The position numbers and the translations under genes were made by a program. A stretch of 63,751 nucleotides of DNA, the filler included, from Dugesia japonica (lineage: Eukaryota), in NCBI GenBank assembly GCA_001938525.1. It is 5 parts of 5 records of this genome, joined end to end, with 100 filler letters (N's around TTAATTAATTAA, not from the genome) between each part and the next. Parts side by side here need not be neighbours in the genome. Positions count along the whole stretch, not along the records: positions 29,086 to 40,253 come from MQRL01641766.1; positions 40,354 to 54,831 come from MQRL01592728.1; 3 more parts are not named here. One strand, written 5' to 3'. Positions 38,730 through 52,479 of this stretch are shown here, piece by piece (the stretch's first letter is position 1; each line of letters starts with the position of its first letter). The notes beneath the pieces are model-generated. The model was given only the letters and a program-made list of their open reading frames with translations. It ran no database searches and was not told the DNA's origin.

Positions 38730-40253
38730 CTTAACTGATGATTTTCCGAGTGTCATCATGGCTTGTTGTGATCGTAATGTATAACTATGCGATACATTTA
38801 ACTCCAGATTCTCTGTTTTACGTGGCCTACCTGGGCCTCTGTGTTCCGTCGTAGTTGGCGCAATTTCCTCCATCATTGCAGCCTTCTTACATAAGTTGGC
38901 GTGGTATATTTTGGGTTTTTCGAAGAGATTTCCTTTCTTTCAAACTTTGAGATTGGTTTTGGTTACCTCAATCACCTCAAATACTTCGTATGGTCCTTGC
39001 CATGGCCTTTTTAATTTTGATGTAGTGCCAACAAAAATGTCTGGTAAATTGATCAATACCATGTCGCCTTTTTTAAATGAATGTTGTATTGCCGTTTTAT
39101 CGTGCCAATTCTTATAGCTTTCCTGGTAAAACCCTACATTCTCCTTGGCTTGTTTCCATATTTTCTGCATAGTCTCTTTGAAATTTTCAGCGAAATCTGT
39201 TTCGTCTTGGTATTGTGTTATAGGTAGCTGAAATTCTAAGTCAATTGGCATGTTGCATTCTCTGCCGTACATTAATCCAAATGGAGTGTATTTTGTTTCT
39301 GGATGTACACTCATACGGTATACAAATAAACACAGCTGGATATGCTTATCCCAATAATTTTGTTCTTTTTGAGCATAACTGGATAGCATATTGATCAAGG
39401 TTTTATTAAATCGTTCCGTTAGTCCGTCTATTTGTGGATGATAAGGTGATGTTCGTTGTTGATGTATTTTGAGGAAGCTTGATATTTCTGCCAGTATGTA
39501 GCTCATAAAATTTTTTCCTTGATCGGTCAATATCTTTTTAGGTGTGCCATATCTGCTGAAAAATTTTCGTACCAAGATATCCGCCATGATGGTTGCTTTT
39601 TGATTTTTTATAGAGAATGCCTCCGGGAATTTTGACAAGTAATCTATGATTGTTAGTATGTAGATGTTTCGACTCAGCGTCGGTGGTAACGGTCCAACTA
39701 CGTCCATAGCTATTATTTCCATAGGTGTGGCAGAGACGCTATCGGTTTCTATAGTGCCTTCATTATTTTGCCCGTTGCTCTTCTGGCAGCACATATTTGA
39801 CATTTGGCGATTCATTCCTTTACTGATTCTGCCATATGTGGCCAGTAATATTTCTGTCTTAATTTTGATTCGGTCTTCTTATGAGACATGTGTCCTCTTA
39901 ATACTCCATTGTGATATTGCTCGAGTAATTTATCGCGTCTTGCTTTAGAAATGACTAATACAGTATTTTCTCCGTCCTGAGCAGTCAGCCATCTTTTAGT
40001 GACTGCATAACGCCCTCCGTTTTTCTTTAAGTGTTCTTTCATCTTGGGTTTGCATTCTAACTTCTCTAAATTGTAATTTTCCATATATTTTGTGATGATC
40101 TTGATCTCTTCATCATCAGCCTGTGCCTGTTTCAGCCCATCAAAATTTCGATCCTCGGATAAAATGAAGTATACCATATCTACTTTTTTCTCTAATAGTT
40201 CACGTAATGTGAATATTTCCGTATCTTCCGGGGTACTTTCTGTGGCTTCTGGT
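38730..40253 (-). pseudogene. Gypsy pol C-terminus: connection domain, HHCC, DDE integrase, GPY/F, AT-hook
   Basis: KQAQADD, YHNGVLRGH...YYWPHM, AMDVVGPLP, IIDYLSKF, LTDQGKNF, SPYHPQIDGLTER, WQGPY, then past a stop HANLCK...RGPGRPRK...YTLRS. Confidence 0.95.
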
Positions 40254-40353
40254 NNNNNNNNNNNNNNNNNNNNNNNNNNNNNNNNNNNNNNNNNNNNTTA
40301 ATTAATTAANNNNNNNNNNNNNNNNNNNNNNNNNNNNNNNNNNNNNNNNNNNN

Positions 40354-40403
<50 letters not shown>

Positions 40404-40435
40404 GTTATTGTTATTGTTATTATTATCATTATTAT
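40354..40435. repeat. (ATT)n microsatellite
   Basis: Direct reading. Confidence 0.9.
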
Positions 40436-40619
40436 TTCTATGGCACAATCATAGACAGTTGCAACTGTGTCTAAATAAATAAAATTAAAAAAATTAAATT
40501 CATATTTCAAGTAAGGTTTAGATGTACTATTGTTTATCTTGTTTAAATCATCTATTTAAAGGATTAATTGACGACAATTTTAAAACGTAATGCTTTTTGT
40601 AATTAATTACCTAACTACT

Positions 40620-42340
40620 TTTCTTAATTCATGTTAGATGAATGAAAAACGTATAATGGAATAAGAAAATAACACTCAAACGAGAAACAAAACCTGTCAT
40701 TCAGTAGTTGCCCAATCATCTAGAGTTTCACATTTTATTTTATCGACACAATAGGATTTTTTCAGAACCTACTTGTATTATATTCAAAATAAATGTATGT
40801 AAAATTTGGATATTTACTAGTTGATAAAATTTTAGAAATTTGGAATAAGACTGCTATACCAGCAATTTCGTTCAAAAGTGTCTCAGAAAGTTTGAGGAGA
40901 GAGTCATCAAAGGCCAAAGTTTATAAATGAATTTATATATTATCTGAACAAAGTTAATCATTAAAAAAGAAATTAAAATAAGTAGTGATTGTTATGTATT
41001 GAAAAAGGAATAATGAAAGTATAAGAATTTTGGTTAAATCAGAAAACAGATAGATACATCAGTATGAGCCAGGTGAACGAAAAATAAAGAACCACATTTC
41101 AAAACCAAACGATTTAAAAAGCATTCATTGCCCGTAATAAAGGAACTAATAAAACATTACATACTCTTTCTATACTATGAAATGAAGTCAGAAATACTAA
41201 TTACAATGATTCTTCCGATACCATTTCATTATATTATACTTAACATCAGTATTATTACAGAAACAATTCCAGAACCATTGTAAAATTATGGAAGTTACAA
41301 TGATTAACACTTGGTTTAATAATTATGAGCAATTATAATTTTCATTTTTTTATGAATATATTGTATTTAAATGTAGTCTGATTTTGAAAGTAACTTAACT
41401 GACTACCACGCCGAAAATGTTAATGTAGTGACACGCCAACAACAACGAAAATTAATTTTAGAAGCCTTGCATAAGAACACTCAGGTGCTTATCAACTTTA
41501 ATATAAGAAATTATGATGACAAAGATGCTTTAGAAGCTAGCGCATGGCTTAAAGAAATCGAAGAATGTTTCATTTTGTATGATTTAATTTTGATGGGAAT
41601 AAACGCTTCTGTTCAAGAGTCGAAAAAATTGTCATTATTTGAGATTGTTGTTGGAAAGTGAATAAATTTGCATGTAAAGACAGAAACCGTTTCTGAAAAC
41701 AAAACAATTAGACAGTTAGACAAAATTGAAATGGAGCAGCTAATAAAATGACAAATTTTGAAAATGAAAAGCGTGAACAGAGAATTTTCTAAGTGGGAGA
41801 ATGGGTGTTAGTTTGTGTAGAACTACAAAAGAAAGAAGAGTGATTTCCAATATGATGGACTATATCAGGTAATAAATTTCATATCAGATCGGGAAGTAGA
41901 AATCAAATTTCGTGACGGTTCAAAGTACAGAATAAAATGGTTAAAGAAGTGAAAAGCATTTTTAAGAAGGAGAGTTACAATGATTAACACTTTGTTTAAA
42001 TATTATTAGAAATTGTTGTAATTTTGTTGTAATATATTTTATTTAAATGAAGACTGATTTTGAAAAAACTTAACGATGGATAAAACATTTTCTTAAAACT
42101 TAAGCACCACGTTGGTATAAAATTAAAAGTAATTGAAAAGGTAATGCTCTAGATAGAAATTTTCAGGATACTCTTATTAAAATTAATGACTTGGAGCATA
42201 ATAAGGCTGCGATTGCTATGAAGGTCATAGAAAGAAACTTATACCTTGCTCATCCAGAAAATGTATCTTCTTAGACAATAAATTTGTGAAAATAGGAGTT
42301 TCTGATACAATAAAAGCAGAAAAAGAAAAGATTAATCATG
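40620..42340 (+). mobile_element. Highly decayed hAT-like (hATm/hATx-type) transposase interrupted by the 41293 mini-element
   Basis: EIWNKTAIPAIS near 40837 and, after the insertion, APRWYKIK...VIERNLYLAHPEN. Confidence 0.45.
41293..42075 (+). mobile_element. 783-bp TRIM-like internally deleted gypsy element with TSD ATGGA
   Basis: LTRs 41293-41400 and 41973-42075 (both start AGTTACAATGATTAACAC), PPT AAGAAGGAG, gag N-terminus fused to integrase C-terminus. ATGGA at 41288-41292 and 42076-42080. Confidence 0.9.
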
Positions 42341-42444
42341 CGTAAGTCTTAACAACCAAATACTTAAACTTAAATTGTTTGACTGAAGCTTACTTAGACA
42401 TGTTTGTTGGTGAACGACTGACATTAGTCTATCTTAATGATTAA

Positions 42445-44510
42445 AGAAATGGAGGAAGCTCTAAATTATTGAATATAATATATAAATAAGAATAAAGAAG
42501 AAGATTGAAAGATTGGTAGAAATGTTAATGGCTCATAAATGGAACAAAGAGNANTTGACAAAAAAGCTAATAATGAATAGTTGCAACGACAGAAAGATTA
42601 AACATAAAATCAAATCAGGAAAAATAGAAAACGTAGACGATGTATTTAAAGCAATAAAAGAGTGGGAAGACATAAAAGACGAAGTAAAAACTGAAGAAAT
42701 AAATTTAGTTCGTAACTACAGAGATGCAGTTCGCCAAAGTCCAGAACAAACAAATTTCAACAAGATTCGAAGTGTAGGAATGCAACAGAACAGAAACAGC
42801 GAAAGACGAGAAATAACGTGTTGAACCTGTAACATAATAGGTATTGTAAGCAGAAATTTTCAAGAAAAAAAATTGTTATGCTTTGTGAATCTGAACAACA
42901 CTTAAGAAGAGACTTTACCAAAGTTAGTTTTTCAAGACGCAACAAAAAAGGTCACCATACAGAGGACTGTTACAAAAATATGAACAGAAATTTATGTTAT
43001 CAGAATAAAAGTGAACAGACCAGAAATATATTCGGAAATAACAACCAAAAATATTATTCGAACAACTAAACAAGAAGGAATGAAAGCCAGGTTAATTTAA
43101 TTGAGGAAAATGGAAAAGATTGTGTATATAGAGAAGACAAAGGCCACTATTGTAATGACGGGTCAAATAATTATCAAGATGAATACCCAAATGGCCAAGC
43201 TCTGACCGAAGTTGAGATTGTTGGAGCGTTGAATTAAGTATCCCAAAAAATCCCAGTATTGTTAATTATATTTTAAGTAGTATAAATAATTATATAAATA
43301 AAAGAAACGAAGATAAGCGAGTAGGTGAGTACAATGATGTAAAAGAAAAAGTTTACAAGTTTGTAAAGAAATAATTGATTAGAGCCCAGTCATAGATGAT
43401 CAATGATATAAATGGAGAAGATGACAGTGAAATTCTGACGATAGATGAGATAAAGAGACAAGAGATAAATTATGACAAGATGCAAGGTAGACCAAGTATA
43501 ATAGTTGAAATACAAGGCGTAAAAATTGATTGCTTGTTAGACACTGGAGCAAGAGTTAATATGATGAGTTTGAGAATTTTGGAAAGATTGGGAAAAGTCA
43601 ATATATTAAAAAGCGAAGACGATTTAAAATGTGCCAATAATAGTCCGCTTGATTTAGTAGGTACGATAAAGGTAGAAGTGGAATTCGAGAATAAAAGCGA
43701 ACCAGTTAAATTATTTGTCATTAAACAGATACATTCAGATTTTATAGAAGGAAATGAATTACAGAAGCAGTTTGGATNNNAACTGCTGAGAGAGACTAAA
43801 TGTGAGGACAATGAAATGTATCTTTGTAATATAGAAGCAAAGTATGGACGCAGTACATCGGATGAGAAGAGAGTACAGAGAGCAATAAAAATATTGATTA
43901 ACAAGACAAACGAGAATTTAGAAAATGTTAGAAGGATTTATAAAGTAATATTCATGGCAAACAACTGGGATATCAGCAGAACAATAATGGCAGAACATTA
44001 TATAATTACAAATGGATAACAAATATATACGAAACCATGGAGACAACTAATGTATTTAGATAATAAGATTGATGAAGCTATCAAGACTTTGTTTATAAGA
44101 CTTTGGCATTATTAGAAAGTGTAATTCGCCATGGAACACCCCATTAATATGTGTTTGGAAAAAAGAAAGAAAAGGCGTTAGATTATGTCTAGATTTTAGA
44201 AAACTGAATGCAATCACAGAAAGACAGATATTTCCGATGTCCAATGTAGAGGAAACACTAGATAATTTGAGTGGTGCAAGATATTTTAGTAATATTAATT
44301 TGGGTAATGCATATTATCAAGTTCCGTTATATAGAGAATTACAAGAGAAAACAGCATTCTCTACGAAAAATGAACAGTATTGTTTAACAAGTATGCCTTT
44401 TGGTATAGCTGCAGCAACTGGAACGTTTCAAGAATTAATGACAAAAGTATTAGGAAGATTGAGAGGAACAATGGTATACATGGATGATATATTGATATTT
44501 TCAGAAAATT
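42445..44510 (+). mobile_element. Gypsy gag-pol fragment related to family B
   Basis: YDKMQGRPSI...DCLLDTGARVN, SPWNTPL, RLCLDFRKLN, YYQVPL, MPFG, YMDDILIFS. Confidence 0.9.
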
Positions 44511-45049
44511 TAAATATTTGTTGCCATTTAACAAACTTATTTAACCAAATACTTATATTAGATTTTAGACTCATTTTAACTTCCAAATTATCGTTTGAAA
44601 TCCAGTTACTTAGTTTACCTTTACAAATTTTTCGAAAATAACTCGTGGCTATACACAACAATTAGTATAAATANNNNNNNNNNNNNNNNNNNNNNNNNNN
44701 NNNNNNNNNNNNNNNNNNNNNNNNNNNNNNNNNNNNNNNNNNNNNNNNNNNNNNNNNNNNNNNNNNNNNNNNNNNNNNNNNNNNNNNNNNNNNNNAAATA
44801 TTCTTTTTGTATTTTTATTAAAAATTTAGTTAGTAAATAACATTTTAATTTAGAAAAAAAAGTTAAACGTAATCGAAGTAATATTAAACCGCCACTATTG
44901 CTTTATACCAATCAAAACAGAATACTTGATGCTAAACAAAAAAAGGATATTTTTAGCAGAAAAAAGTCCCTTAGTTCGGCATCCGAAAATTCTCAAAATG
45001 CTGTGTAAGATTTCATTATTTTCTTATTTTTACCAATTACTCATCATCA

Positions 45050-45053
<4 letters not shown>

Positions 45054-45114
<61 letters not shown>

Positions 45115-45164
45115 NNNNNNNNNNNNNNNNNNNNNNNNNNNNNNNNNNNNNNNNNNNNNNNNNN

Positions 45165-45226
<62 letters not shown>
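45054..45226. repeat. (ATT)n microsatellite spanning a gap
   Basis: Direct reading. Confidence 0.95.
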
Positions 45227-45228
<2 letters not shown>

Positions 45229-46660
45229 TTTACAATTAAAATTATTAAAAGAATAATTGTTGGATTTAACCATCAATCGTGTTTGAGATTTGTTTAAATT
45301 AAAAGCTTCGATCAAAATGTTCTTTTTTAAAAATTTTAGTTGTTTTTAGTATTTCAAACTTTCGACTTTTGTCTTCTTCATGAAATAACATTTTTAATTA
45401 ATTTTTAAAGAAGACAAAAGTAATTAATTAATAATTTGTATATCAGAAATTTAACAATTTATAAACTACAAATAATAATTATAAATTTATTATAATTTAT
45501 AACATACAAATTATAACATCACAAATTTACAAAATTTCCTAAAATAATTAATAAACTAAAAATATAAATAAATTAAATATATAGCAAAAATTTCAAAGAA
45601 ACTAAGAATTAAAATTTTAAAATTTATTATAATTGTAAATTACAATTTTTATCTACTACAAATTTAAAAATTATTTTTCTTTAAACATTCTATTACATAA
45701 AAATAAGATGTTTATTACGCAAAAAATTTAAATCCTCTTTTTTAAAAACAACCTTACATCCTCCTTTTTAAGAAATTTTTTGATCTGCTCTACCTTTCTT
45801 TTGAAGATTCTGCTATTTGTGTCTTCTACAGTGTACTTTCCGCCCGCCTCCTCTTTCGTAAATGATATCTAAAAATAATATGAAACTCTATTCCACCAAT
45901 TAAATCCTGTATTAGTTTATCTACTATTATAAATGTGACTTCTTTACACACACCCACAACTACTTCTTTCTCATGTATCTCTCCAATTGTTTCCAGTGAA
46001 CTATTATTTGCTTATTGTTATCTTCTCTTGCTTTTTTTAACGTGATTTCACAAAGTCTTCTCAATTTTTTCATGCTCATTACATTTTTTTATGCTACCGT
46101 GTCTAATAGACAATCAAATTGTTCACCTTTGATCATGATCAAAATGCTTGGTCTCCCTTACATCTGCTTTTATGAAATTTCCGCTTTCTGTCTCTCTTCA
46201 CTTGTTTTTACACATTTTTCTTTTTCATCATTGAAATTTTTCTTTTTCAAAATTCTATACACATTTTTCCTACTTTTCTCATCTNNNNNNNNNNNNNNNN
46301 NNNNNNNNNNNNNNNNNNNNNNNNTTTTTTAGTGAAAGGCTCCAACTAACTTCCCTACTGACGAAACCGTTTTTTAGGTATTTTCTTATCTGGACTACAT
46401 CTTCCATTACTTTTCCAGAAAAAAACTCTTCATTGGTTTCACGAATGGCATGTTTTTCTTTATTCGGAATCCAATCTTCTCCTGGCTGATTTATTTAAAA
46501 TTTCTGTCTTCTATTTTCTTGTGTCGTTTTGTTGATATTCATATAACATTTTTCTGCTTTGGGTTCAGATTTCTAACATCTGCCGTATACCATCTCCGTG
46601 GACAACCTTCTAACGTGACCAATTTTGCCACATCCAAAACATTTTGTTGGCTTTTTATTT
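45227..46660 (-). mobile_element. Third family-B-like gypsy remnant: gag knuckle/protease joined to PPT and 3' LTR (starts 45758)
   Basis: CFGCGKIGHVRR, GRPSILIMIKGEQFDCLLDT. On the minus strand the PPT AAAAAGGAGGA is followed by TGTAAGG at 45758. Confidence 0.75.
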
Positions 46661-48439
46661 GAACAATTTATACTTATGCAATTTTTAAACATAAATTTAA
46701 AATTAATTTATCAATTTCATTAAAACATTTAATATTTACATAACTATGCAAACAATAAATAAATATTTAACATTTAAAATAAAATTTCAAAAGTAAAAAC
46801 ATATTTTAGATCTGGAAAATAAAATATCAATAAAGAAAATAAAATTTACAAACTAAAAACTTTCATACTTAAAGTATTTCAAAGTTCAAATTTCTTTAGT
46901 AATAAAATTATTTTACTTTAAAATTTTTATTCTTAAACTTAAAATTAAAAAACTTAATAATTTTATCGAATTGATAAAATAAACACTTCACTTTTAAATA
47001 CAATTTTTTCCCTGTGTATAATGCGCATAGTCACATTTGCTCGATTGTTATATTTTTTCTATAGAGAACGCGAGCGGTATCAGGCGGAAAATACGGTACT
47101 TTAAATTAATTTGAGTTAAAAATAATTAATTTTAAAGTTACGCTAGAAAAATACATATAAATGCAATAAAACAAAAATTATTAATCATTAATTCAATGTA
47201 TTCAAAATATTCGAGTTATAATTATTATTTTTTATAATTATAAATATAATCATTATAAGTGATTCTTTGCGCTACCACTTTTATCTCGAGAACCACGTTT
47301 TTTTCGATAGTAGTTCTTTAAGTAATGTATAATAAGTTTTTAATTCTGAGTCACATGATACCAAATGCAAAATCATACCACAATATTTACATATAAAATT
47401 TGAAACTTCCTCCCAAATTCTCGGCTAATCAAATTCAAAAACATTTTTTCTATTGAAGTGTGTCGCCAAATCAAAATGTACGATTTCTATATCACTTTAC
47501 CGGTGGGAGGTGTTACAATGCGGTATTATTTACCTACAGTAAACACTTGAATGAAAAATAGTTTAAAATGTATTTTTTAATAAAGTAGTTTTCTTTTGAA
47601 AAAGGTTTTATTTTTAAAATGAAATGAACTTTATTTGACAGGAATCTTTTGAAAAACTGAAATTGATTTTTCAAATGTTTTCTGATTTTTATAAAGATAT
47701 TTTATTTTGTTGGAATGAGTAAAATGATGAAAGAATTTTTTTATTAGGAATAAACTATGAAATTAAATGAAAGTCTTTTGAATTCTAAATGAAAAAGTCA
47801 AGTTTATAAAAAACATTATTTTATTTGTTTCAAACAAAATGAAAATTTAAGATTTTTTCGAATCTTGTTTCTCCATAGTTAATGTTATTGAATTTAATAA
47901 TAATTAATCGAATTTATTTCAAATGGTTACTTTTTAAATTGTAATTATTTTTCGTTTTCTTTTGTCAAAATGACTCTTGGTCATATAAATGTCTACAGAC
48001 AAAGGTTTATAACAACAGTAAGTTAAGATACCGGTTATCCTAATGATTTCGTATTTATTAATTATGAAAACTTCATCTTATTTAGATCCTCATTTGTGAA
48101 TTGACTATCAGTCATTGAAGGCAGATTCAGATTGTAGTTTAACATTATGACTGAAAACTATTTAATTTAAATATGGAACTAGTGAACGCAGGACCCTGCC
48201 CTGTAGGGACCGAGGTATACGGTCATCATACAATTGTACAATAGTTTATTTTATATACACACATGTGATTTGCATTGTAATTATAATTGAAATTTCTTTT
48301 TAAAATCGAGATTTATTTATTTAAATGAGATCAGAGTTTAATATTTGAATGCTATAGTATAGTTAACAAAAAGTAATGAATTTATTAATTGGTAATAATT
48401 AAAAATTAATAATAACAGTTATTGAATTTATAAATTTGT

Positions 48440-49560
48440 AAAAATTTAGACAACTGAAATGAAAAGTTCCAGTAACACAAGCGGTGCAGAAAAAAGAAGA
48501 ATATTAAAAGAAACAAAAGCCACTTTAGCTAAATTATTGAAATTAACAATTTTTTGTAACAAATTGAAAAACCTACGGAAACTGAAGTAGACAGTCAAGA
48601 AGTTGAATATATAGTATTTTATTAATAAATCATTAGAATACAAGGATATCGAAGAAAACATTGCTAATAAAAATGGGAATGACAAAGATGTGAATAAGTT
48701 TACGAGAAACCACCGAAACGGAGAAAATGAAAATTCAAACTCTGATACAAATGACGAAATTGACGAAGTTTATTTAGAAAAATCAAGTGAATTGTTTTTT
48801 AGTGATATTGCTAGTTTTCGTAGTAAAATACTAACAAAATGATAATACTAAGAAAATGGTTGTATTATCTGAATCATGTCAACCAAAAGGTCTTTGTATA
48901 CGTTAGTCATTGCAAGGAAACCGTAGGTTTTCCAAGGAATATTAAAAAACAACTGCAAAATATGAAAGAAGTAATAGAAAGAAAAACATTACATTAAAAA
49001 TGTTAAATTCAACGCGCTGAGAGAGACGACATGCTTCATTTTCAGCCGTAAAAGTTTGATTTCTTAATAAAATGAAATCTTTATCCGAGATATCTATAAC
49101 AATTCAAAACATGAAAAACGCGAAGTATTAAGAATACACAAAAATATAAGCACTTTCGAATTTGTTTTATATGCTTGCTTTTGTCTNGAATACTGAGTGG
49201 GGTTAATCGACCATCAAAATTGTTGCAAGTCATAAATTTAGATCTTATGACGGCTTCAGAATCATTAGTAAATTCTACTATAAATTTAAAAGAGTATAGA
49301 AACATGTTTGATTCTGAAAAAGCTATATCGGTCGAATGGAGCACAATAGATTTCCGTCCTACGACTCCGTGCCTTCTCCGAGTAAAACTAATTGCTCCAC
49401 TGCTTTATGCTACTGCTCTACGCTCAGCTTCAGATCTCTGATGAAAAGGTTGAACTTCTGAGTACTTAATATTCTGTTAACAGCTCAGTCAATTCAGCTT
49501 TTTGAAATTTCGTCCATTTAATGTTAATTTATAAGACGAGTTTATCATTTTACCAACCAG
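48440..49560 (+). mobile_element. hAT (Tip100/ZMYM-like) transposase remnant
   Basis: N-terminal SGAEKRRILKE and ILSGVNRPSKLLQVINLDLMTASESL..LKEYRNMF. Confidence 0.55.
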
Positions 49561-49595
49561 AATTCATTGAATAATTGTTAATTCTAAGAAACAAT

Positions 49596-49917
49596 TGTAA
49601 GTGCTATATGAGTTTTGAGAACTCGGATTATCAACATTAAAATTCAAATCCATAAATTTATTAAAATAAAACTATGCTTAACACTAATTGTTTATTCAAA
49701 CAAATTAAAATTCTTTGTTTTCATTGGTGATCATTTTTCAAAATCGAAAACTGTAATTTATTTAAAATTAATTTAATTTATTTCAAACATTTTATTTATT
49801 TATTTAAAATTTAAGACAAATTTCCGTTTACTCAAAAGTTATAATTTATCATTAAAAGAAATATTTGTTATTTAAATTCTTCATCAATACTTTAAATCTT
49901 TCTTTTAAACAAAAGAT
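49596..49917 (-). mobile_element. LTR copy related to family B, truncated by a gap
   Basis: Aligns by eye with 28713-28900 (gaaaactcg...ttattaaaat...caaacaaattaaaat...ttggtgatc). Confidence 0.7.
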
Positions 49918-50203
49918 NNNNNNNNNNNNNNNNNNNNNNNNNNNNNNNNNNNNNNNNNNNNNNNNNNNNNNNNNNNNNNNNNNNNNNNNNNNNNNNNNNN
50001 NNNNNNNNNNNNNNNNNNNNNNNNNNNNNNNNNNNNNNNNNNNNNNNNNNNNNNNNNNNNNNNNNNNNNNNNNNNNNNNNNNNNNNNNNNNNNNNNNNNN
50101 NNNNNNNNNNNNNNNNNNNNNNNNNNNNNNNNNNNNNNNNNAATTTAAAATGAATGTTTTTTTTAATAATTTAAACTTATAATCCATTCGATCCATTTAT
50201 TTA

Positions 50204-50355
50204 GAACGATTGACAATGTAGAAAATTCTTCATTCGATAATACAGACATTGAAGAAGAAATCGATTTAATTCTGAATGATTATAAAGGAGATGAAAAACC
50301 GTGGTATAGAGATCCAAAATTAAGTTCTAGTTCTAGCACAGTTTCACCTATTAAA
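50204..50355 (+). CDS. Candidate exon of an unidentified host gene
   Basis: TTTAG acceptor, open frame TIDNVENSSFDNTDIEEEIDLILNDYKGDEKPWYRDPKLSSSSSTVSPIK, GTATGT donor. Further exon-like pieces at ~52012-52330. Confidence 0.35.
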
Positions 50356-50419
50356 GTATGTAAAATATGTTAATTTCAGTCTGGAAATAAAACCAATATC
50401 ATTTTATAATTAACTCAGC

Positions 50420-51470
50420 ACTCCATTTAATTAAATATTTATTCATTACAACAAGTTTCGACAGTATGTCTGTCATCTCCAGGCAAACTGTTTAAAACTA
50501 AGAATAGAGTAGATATACTAAAGTTCCGCTTTATGCAATCGATTATGTAACAGTCTCAAAAAAATTCTAATTAATTAATTTGAAGACATTCAATAAACAT
50601 TTATTGACACCAGTTTGAACATTAATTTTCGGATCATATGATATAATCATCAATGCTTCGCACATGACTCTTTCCCAATAATCTTTAAAATTTCTGCATA
50701 AAATTTTGAAATTATTAATTTTTATAACTGATTCACACTGAANNNNNNNNNNNNNNNNNNNNNNNNNNNNNNNNNNNNNNNNNNNNNNNNNNGCACAGTT
50801 TCACCTATTAAAGTATGTAAAATATGTTAATTTCAGTCTGGAAATAAAACCAATATCATTTTATAAATAACTTAGCACTCCATTTAATTAAATATTTATT
50901 CATTACAACAAGTTTCGACAGCATGTCTGTCATCTCCAGGCAAACTGTTTAAAACTAAGAATAGAGTATATATACTAAAGTTCCGCTTTATGCAATCGAT
51001 TATGTAACAGTCTCAAAAAAATTCTAATTAATTAATTTGAATACATTCAATAAACATTTATTGACACCAGTTTGAACATTAATTTTCGGATCATATGATA
51101 TAACCATCAATGCTTCGCACATGATTCTTTCCCAATAATCTTTAAAATTTCTGCATAAAATTTTGAAATTATTAATTTNNNNNNNNNNNNNNNNNNNNNN
51201 NNNNNNNNNNNNNNNNNNNNNNNNNNNNAGTATATATACTAAAGTTCCGCTTTATGCAATCAATTATGTAACAGTCTCAAAAAAATTCTAATTAATTAAT
51301 TGAAGACATTCAATAAACATTTATTGACACCAGTTTGAACATTAATTTTCGGATCATATGATCTAATCATCAATGCTTCGCACATGATTCTTTCCCAATA
51401 ATCTTTAAAATTTCTGCATAAAATTTTGAAATTATTAATTTTTATAACTGATTCACACTGAATATGATAA
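50420..51470 (-). mobile_element. Penelope-like element 3' ends (GIY-YIG C-terminus and 3' UTR), three near-identical copies separated by gaps
   Basis: NNFKILCRNFKDYWERVMCEALMIISYDPKINVQTG matches the PLE endonuclease end (FxIL...RxxxEALxI....PxLNxQ). Degenerate hammerheads at ~50443-50486 and ~50903-50944. Confidence 0.7.
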
Positions 51471-52479
51471 AAAATAAGATAAAAGAAAAGTATTTGTTTG
51501 TAAAAACATTTAAAAACCCAAAAGTTCTCAAGGTGTGCTACGCTATGGTATGTACTATAAAAATAGTTTCTGTGGCATGCCTAAAATTTTTTTCAGTATT
51601 TGTCAATATATATACACTTAAAAACTTTTATTTCAAATAATTTTATTATAAATTATTTAGTTAAAGTTTTTCTAAAAGATATTTGACATCAAAGAATTTA
51701 ATTACATAATAATAATGTAAACCAATGTTAAAATTCGTTTACCGAATAAATAATTGATACTTTCAATAAATAATAATCAATGCAAAATTAGTAATAATAA
51801 TATCTGATGGCACACCTTCGAAGTCTTTTGATACATTTTAAAAACCTCTGCATTAAACAATCAAAATATTTTAGAAAAGAAATTATTACTTTTGTAACAA
51901 AAAATCGATTAACTTGAATTTTCAATCAAAATATTTGTAATAAATTATAAAATTATAAATGTATAATATTTTATAAATTTAAATCGAAAATTATTAACAA
52001 TTTCTTATTTAGAGTGACAAGAAATCTAGTTCTGCGGAAGATGTTTATAGTTCAAAGTCAGTGTTAACAATTTTTATTTTTTAAAAATTAAATAGATAAT
52101 TACTAATTATCATTTTTTAAAACTCATCAAAACAAAATACGATAGATGACGATGATGATCACTTCGGGGAAACTTTTATTGGTCGTATTAAGCAGCTGAT
52201 TAAAATTTATTTTTGTGCTATAAACATTAAAATTAATTAATAGAAGATTATTATTCTGATTAATATTTTTGTCCAATTTAGTTTGAGATACGATTTGTCT
52301 GTCGTCAACCTGATAAAGTCTGAATTTTTCTATAGTACCATTCTCGATATGCCATTAGTAGGTCTTAAAAAAGGATCATATTCATTTTATGCTCAAAAGA
52401 AATATAAATTAATTTCATTTCTTTGATTATAATAAAAGGCGGAATAATTTTATAAACAGGCGACGAGAAAACTTTGGCT

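Larger units (their letters stand above)
29151..40253 (-). mobile_element. Large gypsy-type retroelement with ~10 kb of accessory cargo downstream of integrase; 5' part lost in a gap
   Basis: Integrase at 38730-40250 is followed without any LTR/PPT by consecutive same-strand decayed ORFs with similar composition. The left boundary is uncertain. Confidence 0.6.
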
